NCBI GenBank assembly: GCA_051294375.1
Contig: CM119268.1
Location: 5,429,101 to 5,493,100 of the forward strand
DNA: 64,000 bases
DNA from: Paraspadella gotoi
Taxonomy: Eukaryota > Animalia > Chaetognatha
Direction of reading: 5' to 3'
Below the pieces are notes generated by a model, which saw only the letters and a list, made by a program, of their open reading frames with translations, had not been told where the DNA came from and searched no databases. The translations under genes were made by a program, and so were the position numbers. Position 1 is the stretch's first letter. Every line of letters starts with the position of its first letter. Positions 1 through 11,847 of this stretch are shown in pieces.

Positions 1-218
1 TGATAGGGAAGCCAGGTACTATGGGAGTGAATAAACGAGAATGTGAGAGTGTCTTGCAGGGACCTGCTATGTAATTTTAGGTTATCTTATGTTATCATGT
101 AAGAGTGATGGGAGTCCTTAAACCCCCAAAGGCAGTCCAAAGTCAGGGGCAAGATAGCTTATTTATTAAATGATAATAAGAATATGATTTTTATATTGGT
201 CGTAACAATTTCATAAAT
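1..218. repeat. Dispersed ~200-bp repeat family (other copies ~3397-3530, ~3580-3745, ~11605-11760, ~39160-39325, ~41610-41760)
   Basis: Shared blocks gccaggtact, tcttgattgaaagcttgcag, ccttaaacc, gtccaaagtcaggg, caagatagcttatttattaaatg and tttttatattgg recur in the same orientation; no ORF. Confidence 0.75.
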
Positions 219-1049
219 GAATTTAATTAACTTCTCGTTAATCTGACTTCGTACGACAACAAGAAAAACTAACTTTTTCTTTATTCTTTCTTTTTAATTT
301 TTTTTTTTAAGAAAGAATTTCTTTCTGAGTGACAACCGCTGGTGATGTCGTCGCTTGGCAACGAAATTCAACATCCGATTCCATCTCGTCCGTCACGAGG
401 AAAGAAGGATATGAACGACGGAAGCGAATGAATGAGCGAATGAACAACAACAACAACAATGACGACGACGACGACAAAATCATTATATTACAACATCAAC
501 ATCAACATCAATCTGGGAAGACAGAACGGCTGACAGACCGACCGACCGGAGAGACGGAGAGACGGACGGAGAGATGGAAGGACGCAAAGACGGAGAGACG
601 GACGGACAGACGGACGGACAGATACGTCGAAAAATTGCGACGTCGTTGGGAAAAAGACAAATGACTTATCTAGAGGATGAGGAGGATGAGGAGGAGGAGG
701 ATAAGGGAGAGAGAGAGGAAGAGGAGGAGGAATAGTTGGAGGAAGAAGAAGAGGAAGAGAAAGAGGAGAAGAAGGAGGACGAGAAGGAGTGAGAGAGGGA
801 GGAAAAGAAGAAGGAATACAAGGGAGAAAGGAGAAGGAGGAAGAAGAGGAGGAGAAAGAAGAAAGATTTCACTTCGTCATTTTAAACTTGACGACTTCTG
901 GAGCTTTGCCTTCGTCGTCAGTTTTGCTGTCGTCGTCGTTGTTGTCGTCGTTGTTGTTGTAGTCGTTATCGTCGTCGTTTTCGTTGTTTCAATTCCGTCG
1001 TCGTATTCATCGTCATCGTCATCATCATCGTCATCATCTTTATCATCAC

Positions 1050-1084
<35 letters not shown>

Positions 1085-1098
1085 ATTCCGTCGTCGTA

Positions 1099-1139
<41 letters not shown>

Positions 1140-1382
1140 TATCATCATCATCATCATCAATTCTGTCGTCGTATTCATTGTCGGCCATTGATGTCATTGC
1201 TCCCCAGTGAGGATCTCCCACACTGCCCATACCCTGGGCATACAATCCCACCTCCACACTAACATACCATACTGCGGTGACCCTGTGTCATTGGACTAAT
1301 TCTATGAGTTTTTTATGATCGACTTCGTCTGTTTTGACCCACGGGACGGGAGAGGCGCCCTTTGGGGCTCTCTCTCTCTCTC

Positions 1383-1435
<53 letters not shown>

Positions 1436-1548
1436 AAATGATAATTGATGTTTTGGTTGTCGTGTTAAAAAACTGGCCCTGAAATGGCACTGATGGTTTA
1501 AGTCATTTGGCCGCATCGCGATGCCGCGTATAGTTTGAGAGGAGAGAG

Positions 1549-1585
<37 letters not shown>

Positions 1586-2018
1586 GAGAGAGAGAGAGAG
1601 AGGGGAGAGAGAGACAGCGCGAGAAGAGGGCGCGCGCGCGGGAGACACGTGCCCGGCTGCAGTGACATGCGAAGAACAGAGCGAAGTCCGATCAGTAAAG
1701 AACTCATGAGAATTAGGTCCGAATGACACAGAACAGGGCACAACACAACCGCGCAGTATGGTAGTGTTGAGTGTGGTGGAAGGTGGGAAGTTTGTAATGC
1801 CGCCGCCCAGGGTATATGCAGAAGTAGTGGGAGATCCTCGCCAANNNNNNNNNNNNNNNNNNNNNNNNNCTCTCTCTCTCTCTAGCTCTCCCATTGTATT
1901 TGTTGTGATTCTTGTGCTCCATTTAATGTACATGATAACGATTGCCATGACAACGCTCCCTCTATCTTGAGTATTTACAAATTTATAGACAATATTTTTC
2001 GACAGTTTAGTTTTTTTT

Positions 2019-2050
<32 letters not shown>

Positions 2051-2240
2051 GCCTTCCTTTCCTTCCTGAATTTTTTCATTCAAAAGAATGAACTACTTTT
2101 AAGTAACTTGTAAAATAAGAGGACTCAACTTGTATTAGTATCACTATCTGTGTCAGACTAGTATCAGTAAGCTGATTGGCTAAAGATGATTTAAATAACG
2201 GGAACCTCATTAACCACGACTCCGAAACCCCAACTCCCTT

Positions 2241-2295
<55 letters not shown>

Positions 2296-2309
2296 TATCT
2301 CTCCTGTCT

Positions 2310-2349
<40 letters not shown>

Positions 2350-2994
2350 CCGTCGGTTTCTTGCGACCGTCTCTCCCCTTCTACCATTAAAGCCATTATC
2401 GTTTACATAAAATATAGAAACACGTGAGCGTCTCATGGATGCAGAGAGCGAAAGAGAAAGGCATAGGAGAAGAGAGAGAGAGAGAGAGAGAGAGATAGAC
2501 GAGAGCGACCGACGAGAGACGAAGAAAGAGATTGAGGAGAGACGAGAGAGAGAGAGAGAGAGATATTAGCGGGTAAGTTAATCGAGAAGGAGCAGAATGA
2601 ATTGAGTAAGTTAAAGTCGGTTGGCGATTTTGAGATTAGTTAAGCGATTAAGAAGGAAGCCGGAAAAGGGAGAGAGAATTAAGAAATAAAAGGAAAAGAA
2701 AAAAGAAAAGAAAAAAAAAGAGGAGAAAAGTTTATTCATCTCATCACTTAATCGCGAGTCGTTGATGAGAAGAGGGAAATTTAGTTTTAACGATTTTATG
2801 AATAGGGAAAAAAAATTTGACAAAATTATTGTGGAAGAAATAAATAAACTGATGGAAATTTATTGATACGAAAGAGAGTAATGAAATACGATATCGAGAT
2901 AGCGGTAATATTGCTTAGGAATTTAATCAGGACTTTGATTTTGACACTAAAAAATCAATCAATCAATACGAAGGAATTTTAATCGTTCCAATAC

Positions 2995-3255
2995 ATGTGG
3001 ATAAGGCGCTAAGTGAGCTGAAAAGTGCTATGCACAACATACTTAATTCACTTTGCAGCCATGGAACGAGTCATGGGCTTGGAACCAGTCTTGGGGGTTT
3101 TCTAGGACCCCAAGACGGATTACGACCGTCCTCTCGCTTGGGGATCGATCCCGGTAGCTAATGATCATGAGCTGATGTTATTGCTCAATGAGCTACCTGG
3201 TCACGTATGTCATGTTTATATTCGGGGTGAACTAACGCAATGCCTGACTACATAT
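2995..3255 (-). mobile_element. tRNA-derived SINE-like repeat
   Basis: Reverse complement has an A-box-like TAGCTCA and a B-box-like GGATCGATCCC and aligns by eye along ~260 bp with 26388-26652 (shared blocks agttcaccccg, ggatcgatcccc, ctggttccaagccca, gttccat, agcgccttatccac). Confidence 0.65.
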
Positions 3256-3789
3256 ACACGGAGTCGCTACTCTCTCTTACATTGTTTGTATCGATTTCAC
3301 CTCCTTGTGTCTTGATGCTAGTACGGAGTACAATATCCCCAATCTCATACTTTTTCTTTTTATACAATTCAATCATTCTTGGAAATGTTATATCACTTCA
3401 TTGAAAGGGTAGCCAGGTACTCTGTGTGTCTTGATTGAAAGCTTGCAGGGACCTGCTAGGGTATTATCATGTAAGAGTAATGGAGGCCTTAAACCACTAT
3501 AGCCTTTCCAAAGTTAGGAATTCAGATAGATTATTTATATACATATATATATATATATATTTATATATTTATTACATGATTAAAAGCTTGCAGAAACCTG
3601 TTATATTATTATCTTGCAAGTGTGATGGAGGCCTTAAACCACCAAAGCCTGTCCAAAGTCAGGGACAAGATAGCTTATTTATTAAATGGATGGATAATTT
3701 TTATATTGGTTGTACCAATTTCATTGATTTTACCAATTTCATAAAACGAAATAAAACAAAAAAGGCAATCGACGTAAACATAAACTTAC

Positions 3790-4007
3790 CACTTCCGCCG
3801 CCAGAGTGAGCGACGAGTAAGTTCCGGGCCGAAGCAGAAACCCTTCGTCCAGGGGGGAGTTGGAGGGGGGAGACCCGCGGGGATGGAGGAAGAGGCGAAG
3901 GCCGCGGGGAGAGGGGGAGGAGGAAGAGGAGGAAGAGGAGGATGAGGAGAGGGAGAGATACTCGTACGTCTCAGCGTTCAACAGCAGAGAGAGACCGTGG
4001 CTTCGAC
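3790..4007 (-). CDS. DEG/ENaC (ASIC-like) channel, internal exon (palm/beta-ball region); gene continues beyond the left end of the window
   Basis: Acceptor ctcctcag| and donor |gtaagt; 218 nt, phase 1 to 0. Translation (G)RSHGLSLLLNAETYEYLSLSSSSSSSSSSSPSPRGLRLFLHPRGSPPSNSPLDEGFLLRPGTYSSLTLAAEV resembles the ASIC/ENaC pattern G..NGL.l.L.....EY ... G.r..lH.....P......Gf...PG. Confidence 0.9.
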
Positions 4008-5580
4008 CTGAGGAGAAGAAGGGTAGGAGAGAGGGAGAATAGGAGGAGAGAGGGAGAACGAGAGGAGAGAGAGAGAATGGGAGGACAGAGAGAAAAGAAG
4101 AGGAGGGAGGTAGAAGAGGAGGGTTGGAGGAGAAGAAGAGGAGAGAGGGAGAAGGGGAAGAAAGAGGGAGAGAGGGAGGAATGGTAGGAGGAAGGATAGG
4201 GGAGAGGGTGAAAGGGTATGAGGGAGGAAGAAGAGGAAGAAAATTATTGATTTGGAATTTTTGGTTTCAAACACTTCAATTTAAGTCACTATGTACTAAA
4301 TAGTGACTTAAATATATGTAGTATATAATTGCAAATACTAACTGGTCAAGAAGTTAAAATTAAGTAGCAAATTTGATATTATTGTATCAGAATTATATTT
4401 AGTCATTATTTTTTTTCTCTTCTTTTTCGCTTTCTGGCAACAAGATTTTCTTTTACTTTTTGATCATTTTTTTCCTTCATTTTTCTTTTTATCTCTTTTT
4501 TCTTTCCTTTTTCCTCCATTTTTCTTTCCTTTTTCCTCCATTTTTCTTTTTTTCAATTTCCTCGCCTCCAAATCTTTCCTTTTTTTGGCCTCACCTTCAG
4601 ACCCGCACATTTTGACCAAATCGGGTCCCACCCTAACCTTGATTACGCCCAATAATGGCGCGCATCCAATGATTGACCACGCCCAGTCTTTGACCACGCC
4701 CAATGACCGCGCCCAGTCTTTGACCACGCCCAATGACCACGCCCAGTATTTGACCACAAGTAGGGTATGAATTTAAAATCCTTTTTTTTCTCGTCTTTTT
4801 CCCTTTCTCTATTCTCTCTTCTTCTTTTCTTTTCTTACTTCTTTTCTTTGCTCTTCTTTTTTTTACTCTTCTCTTCTCTTCTCTTCTCTTCTCTTCTCTT
4901 CTCTTCTCTTCTCTTCTCTTCTCTTCTCTTTTCTTATTTTTCTTCTCTTCCCTTTTTTTTCTCTTTCTGTCTTCTAAACTTCTTTTCTATTTCCTTTCTT
5001 TTCTCAGATTCGAATAGTTACTTCTTCCTCCTTTTTTCCCTTCATTTCCTCCTCTTCCTTTTCCTTTCTCATTTCATTCAATTACACGGACTTCACCTTT
5101 TTCTCTTTCTCTTTCTTTTGTGTTACCATCTTCGTAAACGAATCTCATTTTTTACCTTTATCCTTCTTTTTTCCTCCTCACCTCCCACTCCCTTCGCCTT
5201 CACTCCTTTCCTTTCCTCCCTTCCCCTTCTCCCTTCATCCTTTCCTTATTTCCTCCTTCCACCTTCCTCCTTTTCTTTCCTCCCTTCCCTTCTCTTCTCT
5301 CCTTTCCTTTCCGCCACTCCTCCTTTTCTCTTCTTCTCACTCCTTTCCTTTCCTCCTCTCCTCCTTTTCTCTTCTTCTTTAGTCATTTCCTTTCCTCCTT
5401 CTTCTCCCTCTCTTTCCTTCCTCCTTCCCTTTCCTCCTCTCTCCCTCTCTTTATCTTTTCCCTTTCTCCCCCTCTTTTTGGCAATTCCTCATCATGATTC
5501 CATCTTTGTCTTGGTTGCTCTCCAAATCCTTTTTCATGGTTTCACGGTCCTGCAGGTTTTCTCTCTCCTTCTCTCCTCTC

Positions 5581-5631
<51 letters not shown>

Positions 5632-5785
5632 CCCTTCGCGCCGTTTTTTAAGAAAAAAATACTAGCGAAAGGTGAACGTTTGAAACAATAAAAAAGATAT
5701 GTAAAGGTCGCTTAAATGAAATAAGGAAGAGAGAGAGAGAGGAGAGAGAGACAGAGAGAGAGAGAAGAGAGAGAGGAGAGATGAC

Positions 5786-5828
<43 letters not shown>

Positions 5829-6435
5829 ATAAACCTTCAAAGTCGCAAGAAATCTTTCCATTATTTTCGTCATCCTTTGATCGCTCCGTCTTAATACCCG
5901 ATTTCCCTCGATCGCTTTTCTCTTTCCTCGCTAAACCCGAACTAAATTCGACGATCTCGTTAAAGCCGGTTTTCCTCGTAATGTCGATCCTCTTTATTTC
6001 TCGGTCCACATGATTTTCTTGACAACAATTCCATTTCCGAGTTCATTAGAATTTTAAAATCGCGTAAAAATTTAATGACTGGGAAAAAAAATGTGAATTT
6101 TGGGAGACTTTCTTTTTTTTATAAGAAAGATTACGTCTCGTCAATGCCTACTGGATATAACGTATTTTATCATTTAAATTAATTTATATCATAAATCGTC
6201 TGCTTATTTTCTTTCATTAATTTTTTCGCCATATTTTCTTATTTTATTTCTTTCTTTTTCTTTCTTTCTTTCTTTTTTTTTCTCTTTCTTTCTTTCTTCT
6301 TATTGTATTTTACTACATAAAAAGTCCTTTATTGAGACATTAACCTAATTTCTCTTAATTCTCTTCTTAACGACTCAATTCGAAAATCATTTTCCGCGGA
6401 AAAAAAACTCCTAATCTCCCTCGCTTCATTCTCTT

Positions 6436-6489
<54 letters not shown>

Positions 6490-6794
6490 TCTTCTCTCAC
6501 TCCTCTCTATCTCTCTCTTCTCTCTCTCTCTCTCTCTTCCTCCCTCTCTCCTCCTCTCTATCTATCTCTCTCTCTCTCTTGCTTTCCACTCTCTCTTTCC
6601 TCTTCTCCTCTTCTCTCTTCTCTTCTCTCTCTCTACTCTCTCTCTCTCTCTTCTCTCTTCTCTCTCTCTCTCTCTCTTGCTCTTTCTTGCTTTCCCTTCT
6701 CTTTCTCTCCCCTCTCTCTCTCTCTCTCTCTCGCTCTCTCTCTCTTGCTTCCCCTCTCTCTCTCATCTCTTCTCTTCTCTCTCTCTCTCTCCTC

Positions 6795-6870
<76 letters not shown>

Positions 6871-7254
6871 ATTTTTCCCGCTTATTCTTTCTCGATGTAA
6901 AAAGCAAAAAGAAAAACAAAAACAGGATGAGAAACAAAATAAGGAAAAAAATGACAAAAAAACAAAGAATAAAAAAAGAAAACAAAGGCAAAATTAAAAA
7001 AAAAGATGAAAAAAAGGCGGTTTGTTTTGAATCGAGAGTTTAGGCCAAAAAAAAACGACTCTCTCTCTCTCTCTCTTTCTTTCTCTCTCTCTCTTTCTCT
7101 TTTTCTCTCTTTCTCTCTTTCTCTTTCTCTCTTTACCCTCTCTGTCTCGCGAGAATCTTTTTAATCTTCTCCTCTTTTTTATTTCGACCTTTGACCTCGA
7201 ACTCTCGATCTCTTTGACCCTGAGACCCAAAATTCCGAGAGGAGATTCCGACTT

Positions 7255-7865
7255 TGGAGAGAGACTCGAACCCGAAACTGGAAACCAGAAATTTAAACCT
7301 GAGACTCAAAACCCAAAACTTGAACCCGATACTTTTTTTATGGGGCGCTGATGAAATCTTGTAATTAAAGTCGAAATGTGTCCGAATTTTAAATAAAATT
7401 TTATTTATCGTTTCCGAATAAAAAAAAATTATATTTTTAATTTTAAACCCGAGAATTTAAACCGAGACTCGAAAACTCAGGACTGAAACCCGAGACTCAA
7501 AAGACTAGAAGCCAAGTCTCAAAACCCAAAAATCAAAATCAAACCTGAGACTCAAAACTCAACCTCAATCCGGGGACTCAAAACCCAAGACTCGAAACCC
7601 AAACACAAACCGGGGACTCAAAACTGGAGACTCGAAACCTTAGACTCAAACACGATGCTCGAACTCAGAATTCAAAATCCCAGACTCAAACTCAAAACTT
7701 AAAATCCAAGATTCAAAACCAGAAACTCAAACCCAAGACCTAAAATTCAACACTCGAAACCGAGATGCAAACCCAAGAGTCAGAAGGTGAGATGAAGAAC
7801 CCTCGACTTTAACCCAAGACTTAAAACCTGGGGCCAGAGACTCGAGCCCGAGACTCGAACCCAGT
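7255..7865. repeat. Degenerate minisatellite, consensus ~AAACCCGAGACTCAA
   Basis: Many variants of gagactc(g/a)aaaccc in tandem, interrupted by an AT-rich patch at ~7330-7445. Confidence 0.8.
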
Positions 7866-8856
7866 GATTGGTTCGACGACGACGAGAGTGAGACAACACC
7901 TGTATTGTTCCTTCTCTTTTGCTGATTCCCATTTCGTTTCAATTAAATCGTCTCTCTCTCTCTCTCTCTCTCTCCCTCTCTCTCTCTCTTTCTCTATCTC
8001 TATCTCTCTCTCTCTCTCTTCTCTCCTTAGTCTCTTGCGATAAATGGAGATAAACGACGAAAAGGAGAGAAAAAGAGAAAGAGGTAAAAAAAAAAATGTA
8101 TCGTAAAAAAAGTGTTAAAAGTCGTTTTAGTCTTTAGGCTTTTATTGTTAAAATTGAATCTTAACTAATTTTTTAAAATTTTTCTTCAGTCCAAGTATTT
8201 TTTAAATTAAGAGAGAAAACTAAAAATGAAAAATGTAAATGAAAAAGAAAGAAAAAAAGGAACAAAGAAAAAAATTACAAAAGAAAAGAGAAAGAAAGGA
8301 AAGGAAAGGAAAGGAAAGGAAAGGAAATGAAATGAAAGGAAAGGAAAGGAAAGGAAAGGAAAGGAAAGGAAAGGAAAGGAAAGGAAAGGAAAAGAAAAGA
8401 AAAGAAAAGAAAAGAAAAGAAAAGAAAAGAAAAGAAAAGAAAAAGAAAATAAAAAGAGAATAAATTTGAAAAAAGATAAGGAAGAAAAATCGGAATAGAA
8501 TCATTCGTCTCTCTCTCTCTCTCTCTCGCTTTCCCTCTCTCTCTCTTTATATCCCTCTCTCTCTACATCTCTCTCTCTGTATACACCCCCGATTTCGTAA
8601 ATCTTCTTAAAAATTCAAAAATTCACTGTTTTTTTTTTTAAGTTCAGAGTTCAACCAAAGGGCGACGCTGCTACCGAAATTTTCCGTGATTTCATTAGCG
8701 ACGACGACGAAAACGACGACGACGACAACGACGACGACGAGGACGACGACGACGTTACCCTCGAGGGGTCGACAATGCGCTGGGGACCAGGGATCCATTA
8801 ATTTCAATCTTCGAGTAACAAGTAACATCATTGTAAATCGAATTTTGGTTCGCAGG

Positions 8857-8989
<133 letters not shown>

Positions 8990-9224
8990 CTCTCTCAATC
9001 TTTTTTTGTGAGCCGAAAATGTTTAAATCAGTGAACTAACCGACTCTTTGAAGAAACTAAGTTCATCTGACCCATTTGTTGTAATTAATGATAAAAGCAA
9101 ATAAACAATTGAAGTAACCCCGTCGAATGGGACCAGTTTTCTAAATCGATTCGCGCCGAATAAGTTCGACTCAATGTGACGCCAATCGAGGCGGCGATAA
9201 AGATCCCCCCCCCGATTAACTCAC

Positions 9225-9315
9225 CCGCGAAGGTGAGGTCTTCACCGTCGACGGCAAAAGTGTGACATTTGCCGAATTTGGTGATGGAGGAAAAGACGGA
9301 GGTTCGTCTCGACGA
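9225..9315 (-). CDS. DEG/ENaC (ASIC-like) channel, internal exon with G-K-C-x-T-F motif
   Basis: Acceptor ccttcccag| and donor |gtgagt; 91 nt, phase 0 to 1. SSRRTSVFSSITKFGKCHTFAVDGEDLTFA(G) resembles ASIC 'VFTRYGKCYTFN', and it splices in frame to the 4007-3790 exon. Confidence 0.88.
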
Positions 9316-9914
9316 CTGGGAAGGAAAGGGGGGCAGGAGGAGGAGCAGGGTGAGGAGGGGAAAGAAGGGCAGAGGGGGAAGGAAAGGAGAAAGTAGAGGG
9401 AGATAGGAGAGAGTGTAGGGAAGAAGGAGAGGAGAAGAAGAGGGAGAAGAAGAGCGTAGTGGAGCGAGGAAGGAGAAAGGAGAGGGGATGGGCGGGGAGG
9501 AAGGGGAAACGGAGAAAGTACGGGGGGACGAAGGAGGGAGAGAAGAGGGAGAGACGAGAGGAGCGAAAGAAAGGAGGAAGTGAGGTCAAGGAGAAAGAGT
9601 GGAGAAGAGAAAGGAGAGGAGAGGGAGGGAAGGAGCTCAACAATTATAATTAAACTTAAAAAAGTAGACAACGACAAACTAACGACTACCGATCGAATTA
9701 CAAAACTAAATCCACAATGAAAAAAGTTTTTTTTTTTTTTTTTTTTCTTCTTTCGATAAAATTAGGAAATTCGAAAATTTTTTTTTTAAATGAGAATTGA
9801 AAATAATTTGGAGGAAAGTAGACGAAGTCGTCAAGAGATTACGAGGGTTAACGAGGTTGTCGGGATTTTTAAGAAATCGGTGAAAAGTTATTTGAAAGGG
9901 TTAGGAATTGTTGA

Positions 9915-10200
9915 GAGAGAGATGACAAAGGGGAGATGGGTGACTAAGTTTGTAGGGGTGACAAAATTTTAGAGAAGGTGACAAAGGTGAGCGAGGGACA
10001 AAGCTGAGAGGGTGATAAAGGGTTAGAGAGATGACAAAAGACGTGAGGGTCACAAAGGTTAGAGGGTACTAAGTTGGGAGGGCTGACAAAGATGAGAGAG
10101 GTGATAAAGGTGAGAGAGATGACTAAGTTGAGGGAGGTGGCAAATTAAGAGAAGTGAGAAAAGTTGTCAAAGTTGTCAAAGTTGTCAAAGTTGACAAAAT
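9915..10200. repeat. Degenerate ~19-bp minisatellite (GTGACAAAGGTGAGAGAG) ending in (GTTGTCAAA)n
   Basis: Visible tandem units in the intron between channel exons. Confidence 0.75.
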
Positions 10201-10289
10201 TAACAAAGAACAAGCGACAAGAAATAAAACCACTTAAATTTGAAGTCACGTCTTACAACGTCGACAAATTAGGGTAAGTTATAACTCAC

Positions 10290-10321
10290 CTTTTTTCTCC
10301 GCTTAGCTTTCGCGCCGCCGC

Positions 10322-10353
<32 letters not shown>

Positions 10354-10450
10354 TTTTCTTCGAATCCGGAGGACGAGAGGCGTCGTCGTCGTCGTCGTCT
10401 TCGTAGTCGTCAACGACGTCGCCAGACAATCAGTTCCGTTGAAGAGACAA
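10290..10450 (-). CDS. DEG/ENaC (ASIC-like) channel, internal exon (CxFNGxxC) with a 1-nt frame discrepancy
   Basis: Acceptor tccag| and donor |gtgagt. Starts (G)CLFNGTDC, in frame with the upstream exon. Its 161 nt is one base too long for the phase 2 to 0 junctions; removing one base near 10375 gives ...TTTTTP-SSGFEEKTVVVVVVVVVGGGAKAKRRKK. Confidence 0.8.
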
Positions 10451-11056
10451 CTGGATTCGAGGGGAAGGCGGGAGGGGATAAAAATGGGGAAGAGGGAATT
10501 GAATGGGAAAGGGGAAGGGATTAGAGATAAAAAAAGGGGAAAGGGGAGGGATTAGGGAATAAAAAGGGAAAGGGGAAGGGATAAAAAGGAAGATAAATAC
10601 GGGATAAAATGGGGAAAGTGGGGGAAGGGAATAGGGGGATGGGGATGGGAAAGGGGGAAGAGATTAGGGATAAAAAATGGGAAAGTGGGAAGGGATTAGA
10701 GGATAAAAGGGGAAGGGAATAGGTGATAGGGAAAAAATATAAAAAATAAACGATAAGAAAAGGAAATAGGGAAAGCGGAGTAAGAGGGGAGAGAAGATTG
10801 GGAACGAACGGGGAGGGGAAGGAAAAGAAGGGAAAGGGGAGAAGTAGGGAAGGAATGGAGTGGGGGGAAAGAGGAGAGGGGAAGAGGAGAGGGGAAGGAA
10901 AGGCGATGAGTCCAGACCTCAGGTTCGGACGACAGAGAGAAAAAAAAACGAGCGAAGAGGAGAAGTGAAAAATAAAATCAATTTTTAATTAAAGAAATGA
11001 AATATGGAAATTAATTCGACATATTTCCATTCGTTCTGGTCTCTCTCTCTCTCTCT

Positions 11057-11123
<67 letters not shown>

Positions 11124-11355
11124 TTTCTCTCTCTTCTTCTTGCTGGCGGGGGTTTAAACCGCAGTTTAAATTTCTCACTGGGCTCCTCGAGCCATTTCAT
11201 CATTTTATCACAGCTATCATTATCACATCTTCCTCCCAAAGCAATAAAGATATTTTCAGTATCACATTTTCCACTCCACAGTAACACCACCAATAACCTC
11301 CTCCTTCAAACTCCTATCACAATTCCCCCTAAATTCTCTATCACTTCCCCCTCAC

Positions 11356-11550
11356 CCGATTATCATCGCCTCCTTTTCGTGTCCCAACTTGTCCAGGACA
11401 TCGAAGGACGAAGCTTCGAGATCCTTGGAGGCCACTTCCGTCTTGTGATGCCGCGACCCCCAGTTCCTCGTCACCGACGACGACGACGACGACGACGACC
11501 CCAAGCGACGGAAAAAGTCCGGATATCCGGTGTCCATCGCCGCCGTCAGT
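11356..11550 (-). CDS. DEG/ENaC (ASIC-like) channel, internal exon (end of finger domain)
   Basis: Acceptor tatttcag| and donor |gtgagg; 195 nt, phase 2 to 2. LTAAMDTGYPDFFRRLGSSSSSSSSVTRNWGSRHHKTEVASKDLEASSFDVLDKLGHEKEAMIIG. 'DKLGHEKEAMIIG-CLFNGTDC' resembles ASIC 'DRxGHxxxDMLLxCxFxGxxC'. Confidence 0.9.
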
Positions 11551-11847
11551 CTGAAATAATAAATACGGCAAAGATTCTAATAAATTCTTTAAAATATTAT
11601 GCCACTTCATTGATAGGCAAGCCAGCTATTCTGGGAGTGAATAAACGAGCCTGTGAGAGAGTCTTGATTCAAAGCTTGTAAGAGCTACGCAGGCCTTATT
11701 CGACCATAGCCTGTCTAAAGTCAGGGCTTATTTATTAACTTACTGGATTATTTTTACATAGTTTCAAATCGTACAATATACATATTATGGTGATAAACTG
11801 AAAGACTGAGATTTTTAAAATACCTTGGCATTTTTTTTCCTACGAAC

